The translations under genes and the position numbers were made by a program. Below the pieces are notes generated by a model. It saw only the letters and a program-made list of their open reading frames with translations, was not told where the DNA came from and searched no databases. DNA of 63,732 bases, counting the filler, from Sphacelaria rigidula (taxonomy: Eukaryota): assembly GCA_964200075.2 (NCBI GenBank). It is 11 parts of 11 records of this genome, joined end to end, with 100 filler letters (N's around TTAATTAATTAA, not from the genome) between each part and the next. Parts side by side here need not be neighbours in the genome. Positions count along the whole stretch, not along the records: positions 34,820 to 40,522 come from CAXNAA020025124.1; positions 40,623 to 46,325 come from CAXNAA020025125.1; positions 46,426 to 52,128 come from CAXNAA020025126.1; 8 more parts are not named here. One strand, given 5' to 3'. Shown here one piece after another: positions 36,246-47,073 of the stretch. Positions within the stretch are counted from its first letter, which is position 1; each line of letters begins with the position of its first letter.

Positions 36246-37487
36246 GAAAAGAAAAATCGTCAATGGGTTCCAAAAAGCGTCGAAACCGATGCCGTACGGC
36301 CGCACACGATGTTGTACTGTGCAATCTGCGGTACCCATTCGAAGCCCTGGTTCTGATCGGGTCGTCGGTTCTTGAATAGAAACGTGTGTGGCTGAATCGA
36401 AACGAACGCTGCCTGCGCTGCTTGACGATATTGTTGGGTAACTCCGCACAGTACTGTACTTTCGCCCCATCTGCATAATTTCGCTGCTGTCTATATTTCT
36501 CAGGTTCATATCACATTAATAGGTCAACCATTTGTATCCGACTATGCTGAATCCAATTCCTGCTGAGGTTAGTTTACCTCTCTCCTAATCCCCACCCCAA
36601 CGAGGGCATGTACCGAGAACCCTCGGGCAAGCGAGGTGCAAAGTGTTCTGTAGGCAAAGTATGCGTTGCGAGGCCTCAAATCGGCGCCGAAAATGCGTTC
36701 TGCGCATGCTAGGAGCACAGCCCTCATTGAAGATCTGGATTTCGATGTCCACACTATAACAAAGTCGGGAAATCTTATCCCATACGTGTCCGTCGAGGCC
36801 TTCCTACATTCACAACATATAGAGACGTGAAGAGAATGCTGCGCTCTCGTGCGCCTTTACAATTTTATGTACTTACTGTATTCCATATCCTGGACAAGAC
36901 TATAGACAAAAGAGCTGGAAGAACAGTAGAATCTGCTGCAGTTATTATTAATTATAATATATTATTTCCGCACATTAGTCCAATCTCTCGAGCCAGTGGT
37001 CACAGACGTGGGCTCGTCTTTCCAATGCCATCCCTGTTATTCCTTACAAGACATGGGGTCCTCCATTCTTTTTTGTTTGGACTCCAGCCTAGTTACAAGA
37101 ACAAACGCGATCAACTAAAATATTACCAAAATGAAAATAAGAAGAGATACGCCAAGGAAAACATGAGAAGTGGTAGACGCCAATGTTGTCGTCGGTAATG
37201 TCTACCGATAGAGACCCCGTTCCCCGTACTATTGCCCGGACGGCAGTCGATTGTGGCCCTACACCGAAAGCTATTGCGGCCGACCAAAGGTATCGATCGA
37301 TGGCTTCCGAAATATGTTGACGGTGGCAATGGGCCACACTTGAAAGGAACCGCACTATTTGGTGGGACCCCCCGCCCCCGACTGCTACTTCTATCATTCT
37401 CGTATTAATTCTTGAGGTTCTTCCCCTTCTTCCGGACGAGCCCGTATCTCGGTCGGTACCTGCCTTACATCCTGTCTTCGAGGATTG

Positions 37488-37692
37488 CAAGGGCAGGTCG
37501 AGTAGAGTATACTCAAATGCGGGGTATTTTGAAAGAGGTCCTTGGGGTACTCAAACTGCGGTAGAGTGGTGGGAGGCGTACCCCAAGAATAACTGGAGAG
37601 TGATCCCTGAAACCCCACCCCCAATTTATGTACTTGAAGTACGACTTCCAAAATACCCCGCAATTGAGTATAATCTACTCGACCTACCCTTG
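37488..37692. mobile_element. TIR MITE (CAAGGG(C/T)AGGTCGAGTAGA) with 8-bp TSD; half copy at ~35294-35360
   Basis: Long imperfect TIRs; flanks GAGGATTG / GAGGGTTG (7/8). Confidence 0.8.
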
Positions 37693-37741
37693 GAGGGTTG
37701 GAGAAGCACTACCACAACCCGTCTACCATCGTGGAATGCTC

Positions 37742-38013
37742 CACACGTCGGACATCTCATGAGCTACCGAAGTATTGCTTCTCGTTAATGTACTGATCCG
37801 GATCATGACCTAGTCCATTTTGCCCCTTTTCCTATTTTTCCTCCCTGCCGCGCTGGACGCCGAGCACGCAGAGTACCTACCGCAAAACGTAACTGTTTTT
37901 CAGCTTCTGGGACCCCGCTGTCACCATCACGTATCTTTGTGTTCTTGGACGAGGGATCTGATGGTCCTCTTCGATTAGTTATTTTTGGTAGCTCGTGAGC
38001 TGCCCGACGTGTA
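37742..38013. mobile_element. CACACGTCGG-family MITE
   Basis: CACACGTCGGACATCTCATGAGC ... GCTCGTGAGCTGCCCGACGTGTA. Confidence 0.7.
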
Positions 38014-38107
38014 GAATTTCCTCTGCTGCTCGCGTCCTCGTGCCTTCAACGACAAAAAAAAACGAAAAATCTCTGTATGCTCGATTTTTTCTTGTAATAT
38101 CTGTAGA

Positions 38108-38478
38108 GCCGGTCGCCCCGGTGGCTCCGTTGGTTACCTCGAAACCTTCTGACGGCTGGGTCGTGGGTTCAAATCTCGGGGCGATCTGGGATTTTTTTAT
38201 CACACAATAATGCCCAACAGTGGAGGGCGACTACTATGTCGTGGGTACACAAAATTCGACTTGACGGTGGACGAGGGGAAGGGGCTGCTGAGCCCTTCTC
38301 GCGATAAAAAATAAAAGGCAAGCACCGCGGAAGGAAGGTGGGGTACTGTAAACAAATAAACAAGGAAAAGCGCCTGTGTTGACCTTTCTCCTGTGTGGCC
38401 CCGGCTGGTGCGCCGACATGTACCGAAAGGTGTAGACCGGCGTCCAGAATAGATGGGACGACAACACACAACACACAC
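38108..38478 (+). mobile_element. Full-length tRNA-derived SINE
   Basis: A box TGGCTCCGTTGG, B box GGTTCAAATC, CA-rich tail, and flanking direct repeat AATATCTGTAGA/AATATCTTTATA (10/12). Confidence 0.85.
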
Positions 38479-39973
38479 AATATCTTTATATCGGCATTCG
38501 AACCCGGCAACGGTCCGCGCCTTATTCGGCTAATTGGAGTGATGGTTGCGCCACCAGGATGCGGACGGGGGGTATGACCCGCTATCCTACACCCTATCCA
38601 GTTACCGGTGTACCCGTCAGAACCACCGGGGCGCGATAGTACTGTGTTATCAATACCCTTGGATCGCATCCTGACCCAAATTTTTCGGTGAAGATTCTCC
38701 GACTGGTGAAAAAAAAAAGTATTCTATTATAGAGGGCCGATCGATCACTGGGGATCCCCCGGTTTTCTTTTTTCTGTTTCTCCTTTCTCATTAACCCTCG
38801 CTGGACGCTGGTGGGAAATGTGTGGGAATGCCGAAGACACATTTTTACAGATTCGAAAACGTGGTGAGATTGGTGAGCGGAACGGATACATGCCCGGGCC
38901 ACGGCGGTTATGTAGCGAATAGTGTGGCAAGAAAGATGAAATCGGGATGCGCACATCACTACGGTACACCCACGCCATGTGTGTGTGTGTCAGGTGCTGG
39001 TGATACAACGACGGCATGTACACCGAAGTTACATGGGTCGTTCCGGACTAAGCACGGTGTACCCTTTTCGTTTTGGGGTTCAATGAGGACCGACTGAGCA
39101 GCTACGTGTTCCAGTAGCCGTGATACAGTCAACAACAACGGAAACGCTGCGCTGACACGGCCGTTCCCATTTTTACGTCACGCGAGTCTTGTTCCTTGTT
39201 CGTGACCCACTGAACCGACTACGACAGTGAACTATGAAATTGCAGAGCCTTTTTTCTGTGCAGTAGAGGCAAGCTATTTTTGATGCCCTGGGCGCCCTCG
39301 GTCCCAACATTACCGTCTGTTTGACCAACACGTCCAAGATAGACTCGTACAGTAAGTACCCTGTACCGAGTCTACAGTCACTCAAACAAAATAAGTGTAT
39401 TTTTTCCCCTCGATGATTACCCCCAGCGCTACAGCACAAAGTAGAGAGAGGAGACACACTGATCAAGATGGAGAGGCAAAAAAGGGGTGGGTGCGGCATG
39501 CACCTGCTGTCCCCTAAACAGGAAAATCATCTCTCAGACCATCAAGCCGTGCCGTGCCCTATCTTCCACCTTCAAACTAGACTACACCTGAAACGGGTAC
39601 ACGGCTAGAAATTTCCTGAATCCTTTTTTGCAATTGTTTTTTGTTTTTGTTTTTATTATTATTTCCGCACATTAGTCCGATCTCGCGAACCCGTGCAATG
39701 TCAGAACAATATACTGTATCCTAGCCTGTTCGCTGTGAGTGACACTACATATGATCAACAGGACAATCATGAGATCAAGTGTGCCTATGCTTGGGACCCC
39801 CCGCATGTGCTCACAGGTGGAGCGTATGGAGAGGATCCTCCACGTTTGCGTGGGTCCGTAGCACGTCCAATAGTCATTCCCTGTGCAGAGTGAGCTGGGT
39901 CCTGTAGCATCTTGCTCGGTCATGTCACCACCGCTTACTCCTTCGATCTTTTTTCTGTGTGGATCCAGACTTA

Positions 39974-40270
39974 CCTGTCCGCACCAAAAAATTGAAGTCA
40001 ACTCGCTCGAGGTCCATCAATTCTCTTGCCGTTAGTTGGATGAAGAAACGATCTGGTTGCCTGATATCTCGACGCATCTTTTTTCACCCGCAGGAACTCT
40101 GAAGTGGAAGCATTCTTCCGCAGCAGTTCCGAAGAATCCTCGGAATGTTCCGCCGACAGCGATGCGGGGGAGGAAGATACGAGCGGCGGGGGCGGGCGCG
40201 GAAAGCGACGCCGCCGCCGGGGTCGCGAGCGGCTATCCTCTTTACCGCCGTCGCTGCTGTCGCTCCCCAA
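39974..40270 (-). CDS. Putative exon of an unidentified gene (apparent 1-nt frameshift in an A6 run)
   Basis: Strong CAG|gtaagt donor at 39973. Coding-like, GC-rich sequence; two open frames joined at 40080-40085. Confidence 0.3.
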
Positions 40271-41887
40271 AGAGGATCAAATGTGAGATGGTGCAGGGGA
40301 GGGTGTAAACAAAAACTTGCTCCGGTTTACATGTGTATGCAGTTATTCTCATACTGTCTGTATGTGCCTAGTGTGTCGTCCACATGTGTTTTTTATAACA
40401 CGGATGGGTTCGGTGAAGTTTGTTATTATTTTGATTCAAATACAACAAATTCTGAGACAAGCACGCGCGCGGGGGAAGGGGCGGGCGGGCGCGGGGGGGG
40501 TGTACTCATGATCATGCATGCCNNNNNNNNNNNNNNNNNNNNNNNNNNNNNNNNNNNNNNNNNNNNTTAATTAATTAANNNNNNNNNNNNNNNNNNNNNN
40601 NNNNNNNNNNNNNNNNNNNNNNTCCCATTGGAGTATCTACAGACCTCGAGAAAGTGAGTCCCAGAGATAAAGAGCAGTAGTCGGGCTGCTGTTTTTGTCT
40701 GGTGTATTTTATTGATCAAAGCTTTGGCCTGTTTCGGTTTGTTTTACAAATGTGTGCTATAACTGAGCTGTAGGTAAAGCTCGGATACAATCAATTGCTA
40801 GATAAAAGTGTGCTATCCTGGTCTGTATTATTTGCTCGTCGTCTCCTTGTGAAACACTGGGATCAGCCTGCGCTGCCGAGCTAAGTTACCAAACAACGTA
40901 CGCAGAGGTCTGAACCTGGAACAATCTCGGAGTGAACACCATTATAACCCCCACAAGGTGCTATCACCCCCTTTCATCACTTCACAGATATCCCTGGGTA
41001 GGATATCGACGTGTAGCTGTAAGCACACGAAAGTGATGGAGGTATATATACACACGTGGAATAAAAAATGACTCACTTACAGCGAATGATCAAAGCCACT
41101 CTCAATCGAAGATCTGCTCTCAATGTCACGAAGACGTAGTTCAGTGTCGTCCGCACCCACATTTAGCGTGAACTTCTCAACATCAAGCGAATTTTCCTGA
41201 GACGTACAGAGCATACACCTCCCCACCTCTTCACGAAACAACGAAAAAAATATCATATCACTCGAAAAAATATGTTTGTGCTGTTGACCAAGCAACGACA
41301 CTTTTCTACGATAGCCACCTGCGAAACCATGCCTGGTTTGGGGAGGCAAAATCTTCACGTAAATCGAAGTGGAAAAGGCTGAGAAAACAACGAGCAGGTA
41401 GGAATTCCCACGCTAGCGTTCTCGCCAATGTCGCACATATGAGGTGCTTCGTGCAGCATGAAGCCAAGCATCATGTGTTGCACCTCCGTTTTTTGCGAGA
41501 CACTTTTGGGCTGGTTTCGGGGGGTGACTATCAGTGTGACCTGCCCACACTTCGAAGAGTCAAAGTCCGGATATTCACTGTAGTATAGAAAAACTAGTTT
41601 TCAAGTTCCGACGATGGAGGCTTCCCAATCAATGTAGTAGTACCTAAAGTCACCACCATACCGACATATTCATCATCGTATCGCGGAAACAAGACAATTC
41701 CGATATTATGCAACAGTAACAACGGTCAGGGTCAGAACATCACCATCGAAAAATAAGCCTCACCAGGAGAAACATTTCATAAGTTATCCCGCATCAGACA
41801 CTTCATGAAAACAAACGGGAGCCGGCCAGGAATAACATTGTACTCCAAGCGTGACGCCAAAGGCTCCTGCCAGTGAAATCGGTTACG

Positions 41888-44143
41888 TTAGCGAGGGGCC
41901 CAACGTCCACCACCAACCACAGCGAAGCGTACGTTTTTTGGCACCAAGCCACGCGACGGTTCGACTTTCTCTACTTGCATGGCAAAGCTATTATCGTTCA
42001 CGAGGAGCACGTTCCTCCCTAGCCTATTCCTCAATGCCACAACTTCGAGATAACCACGTCCTGAGAACCACCTGTTTGGTACATGCCACGACCACCACTC
42101 ATACTTGAACGCAGATTCCCAGCCACAGAGGACGGTGTTGAGCAGGCCCGGGATGTTGGCCAGGATGCAGGGGATATAAGCAACCCACCACTTCGGCCCG
42201 TCGAATACGTAGCAAGCAAAAACGGGCAAAACATTGACAAACAGGAAGGCGATCTCTCGCGAGTTCTGCGCCTTTTTCACGGTCGCTCGTCCGCGCTGTG
42301 ACAGCGAAGCCCAACGACTGATAAAACGCGCGTAGTTCAAGACAAACCTTATGTATATCATATAAAAGTGATTGCTCGAGTGCACCGACACTCGTTTATC
42401 CTTTGTCGGGATGGCTACGAGCAACACGACTACAATCGCCTTTGAGCTCGCACCTAAAAGGTAGAGGGTCAGTATGGCGAGCGTGAACCCTAGATGCATA
42501 ATCCATCCAAGGCACGCACTGTCAACTGCAGCAGATGGTGAAGTCATCAAGGGTACCATATCGCTAATGTCCACCCTCTTGTCAACTTTCGCTGATCCTC
42601 CCCATAGCCTCTCAAACCGCGTGACCGGGTCTAAGGTTGAGGACAAAGTGTCGTCGGATATCACGATGGTCTCCTCATGGTGTGAAGCAGCGGACAACTC
42701 ATCAGGAGAGTAGGCCAAGCATTTGGCAGCACCTGTCCCTGTCGCATAGGCTAATCCTCTTTCCCCTAGTGGAAAATCCTTTGCAATCGACACATTCGCA
42801 GTTCGAGCTAGTTCGGACACCAGGGCCTTTACACTCTCCGATATTGCCGACTGAAGAAGCTGTACACTTGATCCTGCCACCTTGGAGTCTGCATAGCACC
42901 GAAGTCTCGCCATTGGGTCCGTGCCTGCTGTCAATACCGCTATTGAGACCGCCAGGCGGGAGCCGTGGGTGAGTGCCAATTGTGGATATGTTCTATAGTC
43001 TGAATCTGCGAGTAGTGCTCCTGCGACAATCCATTTAGCGTCACCATCCTTTGGCTCGATTATGTAATCTTTCCACTTTTCAGACTTCATGAGTTCCTCC
43101 TGATAGCAGTCTATCTTGGAATGATCACCCAAAATCACTGATCTGATCAACCCTCCAACATCATCCAATTTGATTATTGGCTTGTTAGACATTGGCTCCG
43201 TGAGTCTAAGCCTGGAATCATACCCGGCTAAGAACGCCGACGACTGCTTAATCCAAGGTTCAACTGTGCCCACATCTTGACGTAAACTGCTACGCAAGTT
43301 CTTGATTACTTCTGATGCCTTCCGGGTCAGCGGAGAGGCAGAGAGTGTATCTAGATCAGACGCTGAAAACCCCAACATACCGTAGCCCCCTACCCTATTG
43401 GCACATTCCTTAACGTCATCCGACCAGTCATCCCAAAGTGAGTCAATATCTAGAGTATTCGTAACCATCGGGTGGAAACGCCACCAACCAGACAACTTAT
43501 TTTGTACCGCCTCTATTGCCTTTTCCCTCTGACCAGACGCAAACACCCAAACTAGAGCGGGGGCGGCCCAACGGCCCGCATCTGCGTAAGGCGACAAGCC
43601 TGGGAAGTCAGCAAGTGAAGGACCGAAAAAACTGTGCAAGTTACCTGCGCTTACGATTACACAGAAACTCAGAAACAACTCGACAGCTAGACCCGAAGCG
43701 AGGCTTCTCCAATCCGAAAGCCTCCACGGTCCCAGGACGGATGCCATCGACAGCACGGCCGCCAATATCGTGTACGCCATGATCCCGGCCGCCTCAGTAG
43801 CGGACGTCCACGGTGCATATGCAGTATTCACGAAGATCGCATAGTTAGCTACCGCGAACAAAGTTGTGTACACGAATGTCCACCATAATCCACCCATAAA
43901 AAACCCAAGAGCAGTGCTCACAACCCATCTCGGGCCGCCGTCCAAGACAACTGCGGACATCTCCTTGACCATCCTTCTGCGGTGGCCACCTGCGGCAATA
44001 GCAATCCATCGCTTGCCCCCAATGCTGGTGCCGAATAAACGCTGAGGTGCAGCGGGTACGTCCGATGGACCCAGGGACCATTCCCTGCACCTATGTCCCA
44101 TCTTGATTGAGTCGAAAGCTCCCATTACTTGAGTGTAAACCAC
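41888..44143 (-). CDS. Uncharacterised 751-codon multi-pass membrane protein (single long exon; first ATG at 44125)
   Basis: 2256-nt stop-free, non-repetitive ORF. Hydrophobic blocks at ~aa 72-200 and ~545-680 flank a ~340-aa soluble region. Preceded by a pyrimidine tract and tagcAG acceptor. Confidence 0.8.
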   Translation of the reverse strand: MVYTQVMGAFDSIKMGHRCREWSLGPSDVPAAPQRLFGTSIGGKRWIAIAAGGHRRRMVKEMSAVVLDGGPRWVVSTALGFFMGGLWWTFVYTTLFAVANYAIFVNTAYAPWTSATEAAGIMAYTILAAVLSMASVLGPWRLSDWRSLASGLAVELFLSFCVIVSAGNLHSFFGPSLADFPGLSPYADAGRWAAPALVWVFASGQREKAIEAVQNKLSGWWRFHPMVTNTLDIDSLWDDWSDDVKECANRVGGYGMLGFSASDLDTLSASPLTRKASEVIKNLRSSLRQDVGTVEPWIKQSSAFLAGYDSRLRLTEPMSNKPIIKLDDVGGLIRSVILGDHSKIDCYQEELMKSEKWKDYIIEPKDGDAKWIVAGALLADSDYRTYPQLALTHGSRLAVSIAVLTAGTDPMARLRCYADSKVAGSSVQLLQSAISESVKALVSELARTANVSIAKDFPLGERGLAYATGTGAAKCLAYSPDELSAASHHEETIVISDDTLSSTLDPVTRFERLWGGSAKVDKRVDISDMVPLMTSPSAAVDSACLGWIMHLGFTLAILTLYLLGASSKAIVVVLLVAIPTKDKRVSVHSSNHFYMIYIRFVLNYARFISRWASLSQRGRATVKKAQNSREIAFLFVNVLPVFACYVFDGPKWWVAYIPCILANIPGLLNTVLCGWESAFKYEWWSWHVPNRWFSGRGYLEVVALRNRLGRNVLLVNDNSFAMQVEKVEPSRGLVPKNVRFAVVGGGRWAPR

Positions 44144-45416
44144 CTGCTAGGAACGAGACGGTAAAGACGATAATGATTTAAACATCTGCACAAGTGAGTG
44201 TCTACGTGGGGGCTCGTCGCCCATCCGGCTAGGCCTTTGTGTGTAGGAGGGGTGGTTCAACATTCATGGGCGATTATCTTACGAGAAATCATTAGAGTCA
44301 CCAATGGGCGAAGATGCAGTACTACTGGAAGACTTCACGCTGCTCATGCAGGCGTTGATGAAACGATACGAAAATAGAAGTCATATTCGAAACCATCAGC
44401 GACGAGATAACCTGTCATCAAGTAGATACACTCATATCTAATTTTACTTGAAGGAACTCACACGTCATCCTCACTACTCTCCAGCGGCAAGAGACGCGCG
44501 GGAGAAGCACAGTGCCAATCCTATGGAGAAGTCAACGTCTTTTTGTGTGCTATTGGGCGCTTGATGAGTCTATCCCAAGTTGATGGCGGAGTCGATAGGT
44601 CTAGTATATATCAACATTTTACGAGTCGAACAGACCATGATCTGTGTCACTTGGGTCATTCAGGTCAAGTGTCAGCCTGCTTGTGTACACCATTCAAATC
44701 ACACCGTGCAACTAGTCATGAAAAGGTACTCGTGATCCGGGTATCATCGATCACGAGGGACGTATCTTGTACGGGTGATGAGGGTATGTAGGTTGCTTTT
44801 ATTGGGGTCGCGGGAAACCTGATTCGGATTACACAGGTGCGTCCAAGGAGACGATATGAAGATCGAAAGCGAGGATTTAAGCGGTCGTAAGCCACATTGG
44901 AGTGATTCCACTCAACTAAAGAGGCGCCTGACGCCCCGCGGACGTCGGGGCTGACTTTCACCCTATGATGGAGGGCCGTAGGGGCAATACTAACATTTTG
45001 GGATTTACGATATGACTGTTCAGAATACATACGTACGTTTATCGGCAGATCTAGATACGGTTAGGCTGAGAAGTCCCAGGTATAGGTTTTTCTTTTCATC
45101 GATATATAGGCATTTGACTGGGAGACGTGTGCGTTCCAGTAGTCATAGTTATGTTCCGCAGTTTCAAATGCCGTGTGCTCAGAGATGCGGTCATTGTGGG
45201 AAGAGGGTGGGCACTGTCAGCATCAACAGCTGATTTCACGAGCCATCTCCACGGTGGAGAATGCCACATGACGCACGAGATCCATCACAGCACGTGTAAC
45301 AAGCTATAACCTGCGATCTGCGTTACACTAGTAGGCAAGATACATCAACACGCTAGCGGTGGGATCCATTGGGTGTTCAGGTACGAAGAGTGTAACATAG
45401 TCGAAGGAGAACGAAT

Positions 45417-46277
45417 GTGGCATTGGAAGAGCAAGTTGGTGAAAACAATAATCGCCTTTACGATGTTGCCGAGAAGAAGGGGCCGCTGTCAACGCAGTTA
45501 GACACGATCACCAGGCTACTCGAGAAACTGAGGCTGAGAGAGGACAGAAGTCCCCGGCGGCAGCTCATGCCAATAGTGGAGATACTCGTAGGGCCCCGCC
45601 GCTGATACCGCGGGTGCGTGTGCCGGTGATGGCGACATAAGTGGCACAGCGGTGGCTGGCGACTACTTGTACAGCAGCAGGCAAGATGAAGAATTAATTT
45701 TGGAATGGAGGGCAGCCCGCATGAAGTACCCCATATTCAGCGGTGCTATCCAAGACTACACCAATGGGGCCGGGGAGATTCTACAGCTCCTATGCAGGAA
45801 CAGGGAGCGCATATGTGCACTGCTGAGAGATGATATGACAGTCGAGTCGCTCGACACACCACGTCTCTCTAGAACATTTAGCATATGGTCGAGATCAACC
45901 ATGCTCGGGAAGTGTTCGAGGTGCTGTTCTGAAACGTCGCGACACAGGCCGTGGAGCAGGTATATCTTGCAGCAGGTGGACCGAGTGCAGCCTGGAGAAA
46001 CTGCGAAAATGGTTCGAGCCTGAGACTATCCAAGCCAGTCCAAGCAGTGAACCAACTGAAAAATAGGTAAAACAGCAGATCTATGGGAGCGCGTGAGGAC
46101 CCACTCGAGCTGATTGCTGACATTGAGGCCATGCAGGCCAGGACTCGGGTGCTGTCTCCGAGCCATGCGTCCAGCCAGGAACCTGTCAACGTCCGCATTA
46201 TCGCGACCGTGGCGTCAAAAGCTGAAAACGGTATTGAGACCCGCATGATGGGTTACGACGAACACTTTCTACGATAG
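45417..46277 (+). pseudogene. Decayed LTR-retrotransposon gag
   Basis: Fragments MKYPIFSGAIQDY and MGAREDPLELIADIEAM...VNVRII resemble copia-type gag; multiple stops and frameshifts. Confidence 0.5.
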
Positions 46278-46770
46278 CCCCCCCCCAAAACCAGCCCAAA
46301 AGTGTCACGAAACAAATGGCCATACNNNNNNNNNNNNNNNNNNNNNNNNNNNNNNNNNNNNNNNNNNNNTTAATTAATTAANNNNNNNNNNNNNNNNNNN
46401 NNNNNNNNNNNNNNNNNNNNNNNNNGTACAGATCATGATTGATGCCCCAAATGAGCTGACCCGGATCTGTCACGACCTGATCCGTCCGACGTGTGGAACG
46501 ATCAGATTTACCAGATTCTGCAAGTATTCGTCCATGTGGTTTTACTGAGAGTTTATTTGACCTAGTAATTGATGTCAAAGTGCCCACCTTCGTCCGTGTT
46601 GTCCAGATCGTGGTGCTGTACAGTACAGTGTGCGAACATTTTACTGTCGTTCGTTTCATCCACACAGCACTGCCTGTGCATAGACCCTTCGTAGCATCTT
46701 GAGTGAAACTGTACTCAAGGGTGTTTACTATCATGTTGTTGGCATCGCGTTTGTCGAAACTTGATAGTTT

Positions 46771-47073
46771 CACACGTCGGACAACTCAAGTCAGGTAAAG
46801 ACGAGTTAACTATTTTCCGTATAACTCGACATAACTCGGTGGTACACATTCTGGCCAGGTGACTTATACAGCATAACTCAGCGATGCAAAATCTGGTTGA
46901 GTGAGTGATAATACATGAACCAGCGGTGCACATTCTGACTGGGTGAGTAATATTAATAACACAGCGATGCACATTCTGGCCGGGTGAGTTATTGAAGATA
47001 ACTCAGCGGCGCATATTTTCGGCCAGTGAGTTATACAGCATAACCGAGTTCATCACGAGTTGTCCGACGTGTG
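46771..47073. mobile_element. CACACGTCGG-family TIR element with perfect 8-bp TSD and internal 42-bp tandem array
   Basis: GATAGTTT|CACACGTCGGACAACTC ... GAGTTGTCCGACGTGTG|GATAGTTT; five units at 46831-47039. Confidence 0.9.

Noticed and set aside
46831..47039. CRISPR-like regular array
   Set aside because: The cores are homologous to one another rather than unique spacers, no cas genes are present, and the array lies inside a eukaryotic TIR element
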